From Leptospira venezuelensis (GTDB lineage Bacteria > Spirochaetota > Leptospiria > Leptospirales > Leptospiraceae), in contig NZ_NETS01000010.1 of the NCBI RefSeq assembly GCF_002150035.1, forward strand, positions 1,075,070 to 1,139,069: a DNA stretch of 64,000 bases, written 5' to 3'. A program made the translations under genes and the position numbers. Shown here in pieces: positions 40,500 to 51,303 of the stretch. The first letter of the stretch is position 1. Every line of letters starts with the position of its first letter. Under the pieces are notes generated by a model. It saw only the letters and a list, made by a program, of their open reading frames with translations, made no database searches and was not told the DNA's origin.

Positions 40500-41585
40500 T
40501 TATTTCAAAAGAATAAAGGCAAGTAATCCAACTAGCAAGACCACTCCAACCAAAATCGCGTAGTTGAGAGCATTATTGCTTTCGGATTGTTTTGAACCCA
40601 TACCTGCAGGACGCGGAGCATTCGCTGCAGTTTTCGGTCTAGCTAAGCGAACAGGCCTTTCTTCGAATGCTTGTAATAGAACGCCAGCAGGACCTTTTGC
40701 AAAAATATGATATTCGTTTTTACCGGAAGCGATTGCTACGAAAGAGCCGATCACAGGTTTTACATTTCCATCTTTGTCCATCGCGCCTAAAGTTTTAGCT
40801 AAAGCTTTTTCCTCAGGAGAAACAGAAGGAAGTTGCAAGAGGATCTTGTCTCCCTCGTTAAGATCATCGAAGTCGATTCCATTTACAGGAGATAAGATCG
40901 TTTTAGCCAACACCACTCTTCCGAAACCTTTTCGAATGGTTTCGATTTGGCGCATTACTGCCGCTTTTTCTGGATCTAAATTTTCTATAGGAGTAGCACC
41001 CTCTGGCGGATCTTCAGGTGGTTTAGGAATGGATTGGATAATACCTGCAAAAAAACTTTTGCCTCTACATTTTAAACTAGATACATATTCCACGTCTGCT
41101 TGGACACGGATCATATTGATCTTCATACTAGCTTTGATTTGATTCTCTAACAAGTTAACTAGCGCAGCGGTATCATTACGATCCCACATTGGATAATATT
41201 GTTCTAATATTTGTTTTGTTAATTTAGTATGAAGGATTCTCGCAACTTGATCAGACAAACCTGGATCTGGAGCTTCTTGTCTGGCAGCTTCTGCAATATC
41301 ATGAGAGATTTGACCAAAATCTTCGAAGGTTCTGATCTTTCGGATCACAGAAGAGTTGGAGAATAAGGAATATAATTCTAAAAATTCGTTTTTATATCTG
41401 GATAATAATCCTAAAACTACGCCTGCTTTGTTCTCAACATCGATCCTTAATTTTAGAAGATAGGCGTCTTTGATTTTTCCTTGGATAAGTTCTATCGCTT
41501 GTTCTTCTGTATGAACGGATTCCAAGGCAAGATTCATTTGGTTTGCCTGCTCTTGGAGTTTACTTGTCTGAGGATTCTGTTCCAT
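40500..41585 (-). CDS. Hypothetical protein with a C-terminal transmembrane anchor
   Basis: 361 aa with no recognised domain. The C-terminus is NYAILVGVVLLVGLLAFILLK. Confidence 0.5.
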   Translation of the reverse strand: MEQNPQTSKLQEQANQMNLALESVHTEEQAIELIQGKIKDAYLLKLRIDVENKAGVVLGLLSRYKNEFLELYSLFSNSSVIRKIRTFEDFGQISHDIAEAARQEAPDPGLSDQVARILHTKLTKQILEQYYPMWDRNDTAALVNLLENQIKASMKINMIRVQADVEYVSSLKCRGKSFFAGIIQSIPKPPEDPPEGATPIENLDPEKAAVMRQIETIRKGFGRVVLAKTILSPVNGIDFDDLNEGDKILLQLPSVSPEEKALAKTLGAMDKDGNVKPVIGSFVAIASGKNEYHIFAKGPAGVLLQAFEERPVRLARPKTAANAPRPAGMGSKQSESNNALNYAILVGVVLLVGLLAFILLK

Positions 41586-41623
41586 ATTGCTAAAGACCTA
41601 ACTGAAGTAAGGAGAACTTTAGG

Positions 41624-42358
41624 TCATGTTAAGCCGCTAGCCTTTTCTTGTAACCATTTTTGGTATCTTTGCCTTCTGGGCACATAATTCTGATCCAAGG
41701 GGATTTCGACTCTAGCTACTGTTCTATTTTCCGCCTGGCGACTATAGATCGTAAACAAATGGCGGTCATAGCCGCTTTGGGCTACCAAGATCTCCACCAT
41801 TGTGATACCCATACCTGCACCTTCTGTAGTATCACCATATTTCATATAGTATTCGAATAGATTGTCAAATTCTTTAGAGTGAACAAATTTCTCTCTGATC
41901 CGTTTCTCTTCTCGAACTGCGAGAGTGAAATTATTTTGTACGAATAGAATAATCCGGTCTGAACTGAAACTTAGAGTAACTTTTACAAATAGACCATGCT
42001 CTTTCATTTTCCTACGATAGTAGGGAAACTTTCTACTGACTAGGTTTTCCTTAAAAGACTCCATTCCCAAATCATATTGAGAAGGGTCAGCGATATTAAG
42101 ACCTAGTTCCTTAAATAGAACTCGTTTAATTGCTGCTTTGGTCGCGTTTACGATCAGCTCTTTCGCGGAAGTAAATATTAGTTCGGTGAGATCCTCTCTT
42201 TTATATTTGGAAAGGACGGTTTGGATGATATGTTTAAGCTTATTTTCGCCCCGAGTACTCAGGACATAAGTAATAATAGAAATTGGCTCTTCTTTTTTTA
42301 CGGCCGTCTCGACCTCGAAGAGGAATTCCTGAGGAAGTTCCTCGATTCCCTCGTACAT
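41624..42358 (-). CDS. Hypothetical protein with a possible GHKL-type ATPase fold (anti-sigma-factor-kinase-like)
   Basis: N-box-like ELIVNATKAA and G-box-like GDTTEGAGMGITMVEIL. The similarity is weak. Confidence 0.4.
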   Translation of the reverse strand: MYEGIEELPQEFLFEVETAVKKEEPISIITYVLSTRGENKLKHIIQTVLSKYKREDLTELIFTSAKELIVNATKAAIKRVLFKELGLNIADPSQYDLGMESFKENLVSRKFPYYRRKMKEHGLFVKVTLSFSSDRIILFVQNNFTLAVREEKRIREKFVHSKEFDNLFEYYMKYGDTTEGAGMGITMVEILVAQSGYDRHLFTIYSRQAENRTVARVEIPLDQNYVPRRQRYQKWLQEKASGLT

Positions 42359-42457
42359 TTGGATTCTCGATTATATGGACCCCGGCGCGCTTACGAGAAA
42401 AAAACGAAAAACGCCCAGGAAAAAAGAACGGGAATTTCCAATGGGAAATGAAAAATT

Positions 42458-43810
42458 TTAACCTTTCATCTGTAGAAAACCGCTGATTTCGTCCATGACG
42501 GCTCCTACTTCAGGTTTGCAGGATCGAATAACGTTAATCAGTTTTTGATCGGTTCCAGGGATCTTTCCTTCATGGAATTTGAGTTTAAATTCTGTGAATT
42601 TTAAACCGTGGGCGGTGGAGATTACGACCACCTGATCACCTTTTGCAATGGTTCCCTTGCCCATAAGTTTGTATAAAGCAGCAAGTGCTACTCCAGTATG
42701 AGGATCATTGTAAAGGCCATATAGATCAGTTTTGGCAGAAGCATCTGAAAGTTCAGCTTCACTTGCTTGTTCTACAATTCCATTGAATTTTTTTAATGTA
42801 CGAATTGCCTTTTGAACTGATACAGGATTCCCGATCTGTATTGCAGAGGCAAGAGTAGGCTTCGCATCCACAGGACTGAACTCTTCGAAATTTTTCAGAT
42901 AAGAAAGATAGAGTGGGTTTGCATTCTTAGCTTGGGCCAGAACAATCCTAGGAAGTTTATCGATCAGACCTAATTCTTTCGCCATCTCGAAACCTGCTCC
43001 GAGTGCGGAAACATTTCCTAAATTTCCGCCAGGGATAATGACCCAGTCAGGAACCTTCCATTCCAATTGTTGAACGATCTCAGGTGCGATTGTTTTTTGA
43101 CCTTCGATGCGAAGACTGTTCATTGAATTTGCAAGATAGATACCAGCTTCTTTGGTAACTTCTTTCACAATCTTCATACAACCGTCAAAATCTGTTTCGA
43201 GCGCGATTACTTTTGCACCGTTAGAAACAGGTTGGATCAATTGTGCTTGGGAAACTTTTCCTGCAGGAAGAAAAATGATCGCAGGAATCCCTGCTTTTGC
43301 AGCGTAAGAAGCGAGCGCTGCAGAAGTATCTCCGGAACTTGCACATGCTACAGCTCTGATCTTAGCTCCCTTGTTCAACATATGTTTTACTTGGGAGAGA
43401 AGAACTGTCATGCCTAGGTCCTTAAAAGAACCTGTGTGGGAGATCCCACATTGTTTGATCCAAAGACCACCTAGACCAAAATGTTTTGTTAATCTTTCGG
43501 AATTGAATAAATGAGAAAGGCCTTCGCCAGAACTTACGATTTCAGAATCTTCTACATGAGGAAGAACCCATTCTCTTTTATTCCAGATACCTGAACTGTT
43601 CGGAAATTTTACCGAACCCAATCTGGAATCGAATAGGTCCTTCCATTCCTTACCTGATTTTTCTTTAAGAGCACCCATATCATGAGAAACCTGGAGAAGG
43701 CTTCCACATATACGACACTCGTATATGATATCATTTAGATCGTAAGTTGCTCCGCAAGAATCGTTGATACAGCGAAATTCCGCTTTCAACTTGGTGAAGG
43801 TAAGGCTCAT
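42458..43810 (-). CDS. thrC: Threonine synthase
   Basis: PLP-lysine motif HTGSFKDLGM. 450 aa, long-form ThrC. Confidence 0.85.
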   Translation of the reverse strand: MSLTFTKLKAEFRCINDSCGATYDLNDIIYECRICGSLLQVSHDMGALKEKSGKEWKDLFDSRLGSVKFPNSSGIWNKREWVLPHVEDSEIVSSGEGLSHLFNSERLTKHFGLGGLWIKQCGISHTGSFKDLGMTVLLSQVKHMLNKGAKIRAVACASSGDTSAALASYAAKAGIPAIIFLPAGKVSQAQLIQPVSNGAKVIALETDFDGCMKIVKEVTKEAGIYLANSMNSLRIEGQKTIAPEIVQQLEWKVPDWVIIPGGNLGNVSALGAGFEMAKELGLIDKLPRIVLAQAKNANPLYLSYLKNFEEFSPVDAKPTLASAIQIGNPVSVQKAIRTLKKFNGIVEQASEAELSDASAKTDLYGLYNDPHTGVALAALYKLMGKGTIAKGDQVVVISTAHGLKFTEFKLKFHEGKIPGTDQKLINVIRSCKPEVGAVMDEISGFLQMKG

Positions 43811-43813
43811 ACT

Positions 43814-44806
43814 TTAGATAGAATTTAGAATGTCCTTTTTTTTGGCATCAAATTCTTCCTGAGAAATCAGGCCCTGATCCAACATACTTTTGAGTTTTGT
43901 AAGTCTTGCGGTAGCGTCATTCTGGTTGGAATTCCCACCGGCATTGTTCTGTCCCATCATTCCAGCCATCATATTGCCCATATTCATTCCCATTCCTAGC
44001 CCCATACCAGCAGACATACCCTGTCCAGCATTACCACCTTCGTTCTTGGCCGCAGCTTCACCAATATCCAACATTCTTTTTTGTTGGTACATACCTCCGA
44101 GAGCGTCGATCTCGAATTTGTCAGCGAGAACTTTTTGGATCTTTTGAAAGTTCGGATCGTTTTGATCGAAGTTGATGGATTGAACAAAAAAATCTAAAAC
44201 TTCTATTCCATACTTGGAGAAGTCAGGTTGAATCTTAGTTTTTCCTGCAGAAGAAGCTTCTTCTAAATGTTGGTTTAGACGAGTGATCGGTTCTCCGGAT
44301 TTTAAAACAACTTCTGCCAAGAAATCGCTTAGCCTAGTCACGATCATTGGTCTTAAGAAATTATCCACTTCGTCTTGCGAATAGGCTCCTCTAGAGCCCA
44401 CTACTCCAACGGCGAATGCTTTCGAGTCGACGATCTTAATATTATAAGAACCGTTTGCTCTTACTCCTAACGTGATCGTATATTTTGGATCTTCTACTTG
44501 GATAGGAGCTGGAGTCCCCCATTTTAATTGGATGAGAGCCTTATTTATATAAACTACTTCCGCAGTAAAAGGAGTCTGTCCTCCAAAAGGAAGGTTCACT
44601 AATTTTTCTAAAATAGGAACGTTCCCTGTTTTTAAAGTATGAGTTCCTGGTCCGAAAATATCCAGAGCCTTACCTTCTTTGAAGAAGATAGCTTCTTGGC
44701 TTTCGTTCACTACCAACTGTCCGAAGGTACTGATATCGTTACGGGGAAACTTCCATACAATCTCTCCCGGTTTTCCTTCGTATTTTATTACGTCTATTAA
44801 TGCCAT
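43814..44806 (-). CDS. SPFH-like (COG4260 putative virion-core/band-7 type) protein with a Gly/Met-rich linker and a C-terminal SHOCT domain
   Basis: C-terminus ARLTKLKSMLDQGLISQEEFDAKKKDILNSI (SHOCT). It is preceded by a GMGLGMGMNMGNMMAGMMGQ low-complexity stretch. Confidence 0.6.
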   Translation of the reverse strand: MALIDVIKYEGKPGEIVWKFPRNDISTFGQLVVNESQEAIFFKEGKALDIFGPGTHTLKTGNVPILEKLVNLPFGGQTPFTAEVVYINKALIQLKWGTPAPIQVEDPKYTITLGVRANGSYNIKIVDSKAFAVGVVGSRGAYSQDEVDNFLRPMIVTRLSDFLAEVVLKSGEPITRLNQHLEEASSAGKTKIQPDFSKYGIEVLDFFVQSINFDQNDPNFQKIQKVLADKFEIDALGGMYQQKRMLDIGEAAAKNEGGNAGQGMSAGMGLGMGMNMGNMMAGMMGQNNAGGNSNQNDATARLTKLKSMLDQGLISQEEFDAKKKDILNSI

Positions 44807-44864
44807 AAGAACTCCTTGGAAATATATTATTCACTACTCAACATTCGGCAAATCAAAAATAAGA

Positions 44865-45440
44865 CTATCGTTTTAAGAAGACATCCTTTCTACTTTTTAA
44901 GGCAGAATCGAACTCATCTAATTCAGATCTAAACTTACTAATCCAATCTCTCACAGTGTCTACTGAAACTTCTGGAGAAAAGTTGGAGGATTTAATATTT
45001 GCGGATAATTCTTCTGCATGATGGATCAATGAATAATCCCATTCTGCTAAAGCTTCCAGCTCTGATTCAGTCGCCTTAAATCCAGTTCCTAATCCGTTCA
45101 GACCGTAACTTGCTCCAATAATTTCGTTTTTGAGTCTTTCTACGATGGAAAGTAAGACCTCCGTAGAACCGATTAGGTCCAATCTTCTCTCTCGGACGAA
45201 ATTTTCTTCAATCCTGCGTATAGGCTCTTTGAGAGAATCCAATTTTTTGGATAATTCATTTCGAGAGATCCTATCCGCTTCGTAATACTGATGATTCTTT
45301 AAGACTTCTCCATAAAAAGGAAATGCTGAAAGAAAGGATAAAATCTTTCCCTTCTCTGCTTTGAATCTGGAAACATATTGTGAGATCGGGCTGTTCGAAG
45401 TCATGGGTAGAAGGATGATCCGGAATTTCTTTCCAAGCAA
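44865..45440 (-). CDS. Hypothetical protein
   Basis: 191-aa ORF, helical, no recognised motif. Confidence 0.4.
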   Translation of the reverse strand: MLGKKFRIILLPMTSNSPISQYVSRFKAEKGKILSFLSAFPFYGEVLKNHQYYEADRISRNELSKKLDSLKEPIRRIEENFVRERRLDLIGSTEVLLSIVERLKNEIIGASYGLNGLGTGFKATESELEALAEWDYSLIHHAEELSANIKSSNFSPEVSVDTVRDWISKFRSELDEFDSALKSRKDVFLKR

Positions 45441-45572
45441 GACAAATACTTATCTTTTCTTATCATATCTATGAAATCGTAACTTAAGATCTAAAGTTTC
45501 CCCGGATTTATTTCTTGCTAGCAGATACCCGAAAAGTTTTTAATTCAATTCAGGAAACGGAATCTTCTCTTT

Positions 45573-46763
45573 ATGAAATCCTATATATTATCTATTTTTG
45601 CGTCCAAAAAGGGAGAAATAGAATCATTAAACGGAATTAGAGCGATTGGAATTTTGATGGTAATGACTAACCATCTTTGGGTCTCCAAACAGCCGATCAT
45701 GGGTGAGATGCCTTTCTGGTTATCCTGGTTTGTAGAGAATCAAACGACCATTGTAGACGTATTTTTCGTATTGGGTGGCTTTCTAAATTACGGTGGTATA
45801 CTCCAATCGTATAAAAAAGAGAACAAATTTCCTTATCGCAAATTTATTACGAATCGTTCTTTAAGAATACTTCCTGCTTATTACGCTGCATTAGCTTTTT
45901 CTTATTATTATTTTTATAAACAACTTAATGCTCTGAAAAATATACCGAATCCGAGTCAAGATCTGATTTGGTTGATAGATAAAGGTCAAAAGGCATCGGA
46001 TTATGTTTGGGCCGACGGTATCTTTTTATCTAACTTCTTTCCTAGAGTTTTGGACGTGGGTTGGTATATATCCTTAGAGCAACAGATCTATCTTTTGATG
46101 GTGGTTCTTGGTCCCTTCTTCTTATTTTCTAAAACCAAAAAAACAAGAGTAATCATATTATCGATAATTTATATTATTCCATTCTTATCTAGATGTTATC
46201 TATATTCTAAGGGGTCCATGAACGCAGAGGCACTTTTTTGGACCGAGAATCGATTCGATTCAATGATCGCAGGAATGCTTTTGGCAGAATATGTGGATTA
46301 TAGACCAGTAAAAGAAAGTTTAGGAAAACTAAAATATTCTCTTATTGGAATAACTGCGATCGCTTTTATATTAATCTCTTATTCATTCAATTGGAAGCAT
46401 TTCATCCGATTGACTCTTGCGAATAATTTTTATAATATTGCCTTAGCTCTAATTATCTATCTGGCGATCCAGAAAGATGGAATATTCAAAACAATTTTAG
46501 GATTACCGATCTTCCGTCCACTATCCAGGATCACATTTACGGTTTATTTATGGAATATCCCTTTGATGGGGATTGCAACTAGGTGGGCCCTCAAAGGGGA
46601 AACTTTAGTTACATTAAGCGTACTTCCAAAATTATATTTTATATGTTTTGGGTTTACTATCTTAGCTGCTTGGCCAATCTTTTTGCTGATAGAACAACCT
46701 TTTATTTGGTGGAAAGAGAAACAGAAAGTTATGGAAAATAAGATCGAGACTAAGACTGCATAG
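45573..46763 (+). CDS. Acyltransferase family 3 (OafA-like) membrane protein
   Basis: LNGIRAIGILMVMTNHL N-terminal motif and ~10 TM helices. Confidence 0.75.
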   Translation: MKSYILSIFASKKGEIESLNGIRAIGILMVMTNHLWVSKQPIMGEMPFWLSWFVENQTTIVDVFFVLGGFLNYGGILQSYKKENKFPYRKFITNRSLRILPAYYAALAFSYYYFYKQLNALKNIPNPSQDLIWLIDKGQKASDYVWADGIFLSNFFPRVLDVGWYISLEQQIYLLMVVLGPFFLFSKTKKTRVIILSIIYIIPFLSRCYLYSKGSMNAEALFWTENRFDSMIAGMLLAEYVDYRPVKESLGKLKYSLIGITAIAFILISYSFNWKHFIRLTLANNFYNIALALIIYLAIQKDGIFKTILGLPIFRPLSRITFTVYLWNIPLMGIATRWALKGETLVTLSVLPKLYFICFGFTILAAWPIFLLIEQPFIWWKEKQKVMENKIETKTA

Positions 46764-46790
46764 TCTCGTCCAATCAATAAGAAATATAGT

Positions 46791-47387
46791 ATGAAATTTG
46801 ATTCGGAAATAATTCGGTCGATCAGGCAGTCTGCATTTCGTTGGATCAGACTTTCTTTTCCGATCCTATTTGCGATATTCTTCATATTATATTTCAGGAT
46901 TTTTGTAATCCAATTCTATTTGATCAGTGGCACGAGCATGATGCCTAGCTACAAAGAGAATGATTGGGTCTTGGTAAAAAAATGGGGCTTCCCCGCGCAG
47001 ATAGGACCTTGGGTTTTATATATCTTAGAACCTGCTGTGGATAGATTTGATGTACTGGTCTTGGATGGGATTGGTGCAGAACTAAGTTTAAAAAGAGTAG
47101 TCGGACTTCCTGGAGATTTTTTCAGATTCTCGGAAGGAAGAATTTTAATAAACGATTCTTCCTTGGAGGAACCATTTCTAAATACAGGCTATACTACACA
47201 GGCGCCATCTGCATCCATTCTACCTGTGATCGGAGTCTCGGGAAATATTGGTATTGGAGATTCAGGCAGGATTCCTCCCGGTTACGTCCTGGTTTTGGGA
47301 GATAACCGAGAATTTTCCACAGATTCCAGAAATTACGGCCTAATTCCTTTCAAAAAATTGAGAGGAAAGGTAATCTCCAGCTTTTAA
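46791..47387 (+). CDS. lepB: Signal peptidase I
   Basis: S26 motifs SGTSMMPSY and LGDNREFSTDSRNYG. Confidence 0.8.
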   Translation: MKFDSEIIRSIRQSAFRWIRLSFPILFAIFFILYFRIFVIQFYLISGTSMMPSYKENDWVLVKKWGFPAQIGPWVLYILEPAVDRFDVLVLDGIGAELSLKRVVGLPGDFFRFSEGRILINDSSLEEPFLNTGYTTQAPSASILPVIGVSGNIGIGDSGRIPPGYVLVLGDNREFSTDSRNYGLIPFKKLRGKVISSF

Positions 47388-47480
47388 ATCATTATTCCTA
47401 TTCGGATTTCACTTGTACTAGAAAAGCTCTTTAATCATTCTGAAAAAGACCGAAATTAATAAAAGCGGTTAGTTTCATAG

Positions 47481-49295
47481 ATGGATTATAACCTTCTCAA
47501 TCGAAAACGATTTACCATCTTATTCATTCTTTTATGTGTATTTTTCTCCGGATTATTGATCCGGGTAGGCTATCTAGTATTTTTTAATGATAGAGAGATA
47601 GCTTTCAAGAATGGAGAAAGAATTGGTCGAGGAGCTATCTATGATAGAAGAGGAATTGAGTTGGCATTGTCCATTGATTCTTCTACGATCGGGATTTATC
47701 CAGGAAACGTATACGATCCGAATTTTACCGCAGTACAAATCTCTCCTTATCTAGATATTCCTCCTGAAAAGATAGAATCATTGATCCGCGAAAAAAGCAG
47801 ATATTTCCTCTTAAAGAGAGAGATAGATGATACAACTGCAAGTCGTATCATGGAAATGGCGCTTCCAGGAGTGAGAAGAGAAAGAGAATTTAAAAGAGTT
47901 TATCCTCATGGAAGTCTGGCAGCAAGTCTTATTGGCTTTACAGGAATGGATGATGATAAGGCTCTCTCTGGTCTAGAATATTATTATAATCAAGAATTGA
48001 TGACACCTACTGAGGCAGATTCTGCACGAGGTGCAAATCTTCATTTAACTTTAGATGGGCTCATTCAATTTAAATTGGAAAAGTCTCTCGGAAAAAGATT
48101 CGAAGAAGCCGGTGCGAAAAGAGCGGTAGGGCTTTTGATGGAGATCCATACTGGAAGAATATTGGCAATGGCCAGTTTTCCTTCTTTTGATCCAAATCGT
48201 TATTCATCTTTTGAAGAATATTCCCATACAAATTGGGCGATCAGGCATGTATACGAGCCCGGATCTACCATGAAAATTTTTCTAGCGAGCATACTTCTTA
48301 ACGAAAACTTAATACATCCAAACGAAAAATTCGATTGTCCCGGATATGTGGACTACGGAAAGACCAGGATCAAATGTACTCATGTCCACGGAAAAGTGAA
48401 CCTGGAAGAAATCCTGCAGTATTCCTGCAACGCAGGTATTATCAAAGCAGCTTCGAAGATCCCGAATGATGTACTTTATGAATATATGAAAAGATTTAGA
48501 TTCGGAGATAGAGCGGGACTTCTACCAAACGAATCAGTCGGCTATATGCCTACCTTGAACAAATGGACGCCAACAACTCCAATGTTCATGGCGATTGGCC
48601 AAGGAATTTCAGTAACTCCAATACAGTTGGTTGCATCTGCAGCTTCAATAGTTAACGGAGGAAGATTTATTACTCCTCGAGTGGTTTCTCATATCACTGA
48701 TTCGTATGGAGAAGTCCTACAGGAATTTCAATCTGAAGAAACTCCTGTAGGCATCAAAGAATACTCCACCGAAAAATTATTGAAGGCGATGACACGAGTC
48801 GTCCAAGCAGGAACAGGAAAGAACGCATACATCCAAGAATATTCCATCGCAGGAAAAACAGGGACCGGACAAAAGGCAGTATCTGGTCGAGGTTACCAAG
48901 ATGGATTATGGTCCGCTTCCTTTTTAGGATTTTTTCCAGCGGACAAACCTAAGGTCGTTGGACTGATACTCTTTGATGAGCCCAAGGGAGACAGTCACAC
49001 TGGAGGAGGACTTGCCGCTCCTGTATTCAGAGAAGTGGTGGAGAATATCATTCCAATCATAGAACAGGGAGAAAGAACTGTGAACGTGAATCTTCCAAAG
49101 TTAGAAAGAAAACCGCTTACAGGAAAATCAGAACGTATACCTGATTTGGTCGGAAGAAGTAAAAGAGAAGTAGTAGAATTATTATCTCCTTTAGGAGTTC
49201 CTTATAAACTTCACGGAAGCGGTTTCTGTTACGAACAAGACCCTTCTCCGGGTTCTTCTTACGAAGGTAAAAGGATAAACGTATTTTTCCAATGA
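47481..49295 (+). CDS. Class B penicillin-binding protein (peptidoglycan D,D-transpeptidase)
   Basis: SxxK (GSTMKI), SxN (YSCNAG), KTG (AGKTGTG). Confidence 0.85.
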   Translation: MDYNLLNRKRFTILFILLCVFFSGLLIRVGYLVFFNDREIAFKNGERIGRGAIYDRRGIELALSIDSSTIGIYPGNVYDPNFTAVQISPYLDIPPEKIESLIREKSRYFLLKREIDDTTASRIMEMALPGVRREREFKRVYPHGSLAASLIGFTGMDDDKALSGLEYYYNQELMTPTEADSARGANLHLTLDGLIQFKLEKSLGKRFEEAGAKRAVGLLMEIHTGRILAMASFPSFDPNRYSSFEEYSHTNWAIRHVYEPGSTMKIFLASILLNENLIHPNEKFDCPGYVDYGKTRIKCTHVHGKVNLEEILQYSCNAGIIKAASKIPNDVLYEYMKRFRFGDRAGLLPNESVGYMPTLNKWTPTTPMFMAIGQGISVTPIQLVASAASIVNGGRFITPRVVSHITDSYGEVLQEFQSEETPVGIKEYSTEKLLKAMTRVVQAGTGKNAYIQEYSIAGKTGTGQKAVSGRGYQDGLWSASFLGFFPADKPKVVGLILFDEPKGDSHTGGGLAAPVFREVVENIIPIIEQGERTVNVNLPKLERKPLTGKSERIPDLVGRSKREVVELLSPLGVPYKLHGSGFCYEQDPSPGSSYEGKRINVFFQ

Positions 49296-51172
49296 AGGAA
49301 TTCAGGTCGGATTTACTCGAAAAAAATTTGGCCTCACTTCGCAGCTTCGCGCCGGAAGCCTCAGAAAGAATTGGATCTTCCCAGATCAATTTCGAGATCG
49401 TTCCTACAAAAACAGAAGATCCTAGTTTAAAGATCGATAATATTCTTTTGCACAGTTCTATGGATCCTCGTAAAGAAGCAGAAAGGCAGCTTGCAGATCT
49501 AAAAAAAGGAGATGAAGAAAGAGCATTTCTATTTTTCGGTGCAGGTCTCGGTTATTCCATACAATATGCATTAGGATTTGATAAAATAATTTGCGTGTGG
49601 ATGGAACCTTTCCCAGAAATTATTAAGGCAGCGTTTTCACTTTTTGATTTTTCCCCTATGATACTATCAGGGAAGTTAAGGATATTCCTTCCACCATATG
49701 AAGAATCTGCATTTTACGAAGGTTTTAAAGGGATTTCCGGCTATCCTGTAAGTTTTATTCCTCATAGAGGAAGTCTACAATGGAAAAAAGAAGAATACCA
49801 AGAACTTCGGTTTTTGGCAGAGACTTTCTTTCATAAGAAAGATGTAAATACTGCAACATTAACTAGATTTGAAAAAGTCTGGACCGGCAATTTTATCAGA
49901 AACCTTCCTGAGCTTGTAGATATGCAGCCCATAAAGGAATTATTCGGTTTATGTAAATCTAAAGTGGATGTAGTTGTTTGTGGGGCGGGACCTTCTCTTT
50001 ATCTTTCCTTACAAGAACTGAAAGAATATAGAGAAAACTTTATATTGATCGCAGTAGACACTGCACTTCTTATTCTACAAAAATCGGGGATAGATCCGGA
50101 CCTTGTGTTTAGTGTTGACCCCCAGCCTTTAAATTCAAAATATTTAGAAGGTTATTCTGGAAAGGCAAAGTTTATATTTGATCCAACTACTTCGTATCAT
50201 TCATTAAGAATGCCTTATATAGGAAAAAATCACTTTCTGACTTCTTCTCCTTTTCCTTGGATCAAACTTTTGGAGAATGCTTCTGAGAACGGATTAGGGG
50301 CAGTGGATTTTGGCGGCTCCGTTTCTACAAATGCTGCCAGTTTAGCGGAAAAGATGGATGCAAGATCCATTTTACTTTTGGGGCAGGATCTTTCCTTTCC
50401 GGGTTCACAGGCTCATTGTAAGGGTGCGATCTTAGAAGAAAGATTGAACTTTCTAGAATCCAGGACTCAAAGAAGGGAACATCATAATTATAAACAAATG
50501 ACTGCTTTGCCGCCAAAGTGGATCGAATCTGCAGAAGGAAAAAAACTCAGGACGAACGAAAAACTTCTAATTTTCAAAAAATGGTTCGAAGAAAGACAAA
50601 AAGACCGTCCTTGGGCCAATCTTGGAAAAGACGGAGCGAAATTAGAAGGGATCAGGAATATTACGTTTAAAGAATGGTTTAAACAAAATCTTCCGAATAC
50701 AAAAGAGGTTTCTGGGATTAAAGAGAAGATCCAGTCACTTCTATCTTCTAAAATCAACGGAAAAAAAGTATCTGCAGAATTGAATAAGATCCGCAACGAG
50801 CTAAAAGAATTCGGAATACAAGTCTCTACGGGAGAAATTATTTCCGAAAAAATATACAGCCTCATCCAAAATGGAGAGAAGGACAAAGAATCAATTCGAA
50901 AGGCGCTACATGAGATTTCTGTAATAGACGATCGCATAAGTTCTAAAAAAGGACTCACTGAATTCTTAGGGATCAGCTTACAAAGAGTGATCTTGGCAAT
51001 CACAGAAGGATATGATACGGAACTCACATTAGAAGAAAAGAAGAACGATAGACTTGCAGTCGCGAAAAAGAGCCTTCTTCTTTATTCTGGATTGAAAAAG
51101 AGTGCAGAAATGAACATTGGTTTACTCAATAGATCCATAATGCGATTTTCTTCTGACAAAATTTCCGATTAA
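49292..51172 (+). CDS. Large DUF115-domain protein (MptE-like / motility-accessory-factor-like)
   Basis: [17 protein letters not shown]...[11 protein letters not shown] resembles the DUF115 core. It overlaps the PBP stop by 4 nt. Confidence 0.5.
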   Translation: MKEFRSDLLEKNLASLRSFAPEASERIGSSQINFEIVPTKTEDPSLKIDNILLHSSMDPRKEAERQLADLKKGDEERAFLFFGAGLGYSIQYALGFDKIICVWMEPFPEIIKAAFSLFDFSPMILSGKLRIFLPPYEESAFYEGFKGISGYPVSFIPHRGSLQWKKEEYQELRFLAETFFHKKDVNTATLTRFEKVWTGNFIRNLPELVDMQPIKELFGLCKSKVDVVVCGAGPSLYLSLQELKEYRENFILIAVDTALLILQKSGIDPDLVFSVDPQPLNSKYLEGYSGKAKFIFDPTTSYHSLRMPYIGKNHFLTSSPFPWIKLLENASENGLGAVDFGGSVSTNAASLAEKMDARSILLLGQDLSFPGSQAHCKGAILEERLNFLESRTQRREHHNYKQMTALPPKWIESAEGKKLRTNEKLLIFKKWFEERQKDRPWANLGKDGAKLEGIRNITFKEWFKQNLPNTKEVSGIKEKIQSLLSSKINGKKVSAELNKIRNELKEFGIQVSTGEIISEKIYSLIQNGEKDKESIRKALHEISVIDDRISSKKGLTEFLGISLQRVILAITEGYDTELTLEEKKNDRLAVAKKSLLLYSGLKKSAEMNIGLLNRSIMRFSSDKISD

Positions 51173-51303
51173 CAAGCGTTCATTTTTTTTAAATTCAATT
51201 TTTTCCTCTCTCCCCTTGACATTCTCTCTCTTTTGTAGATAATTTGGCCCCAAAGTATATAAGGGGTTCCGCTTGGGATCGTTTGTATATTAAAAATATA
51301 TAA

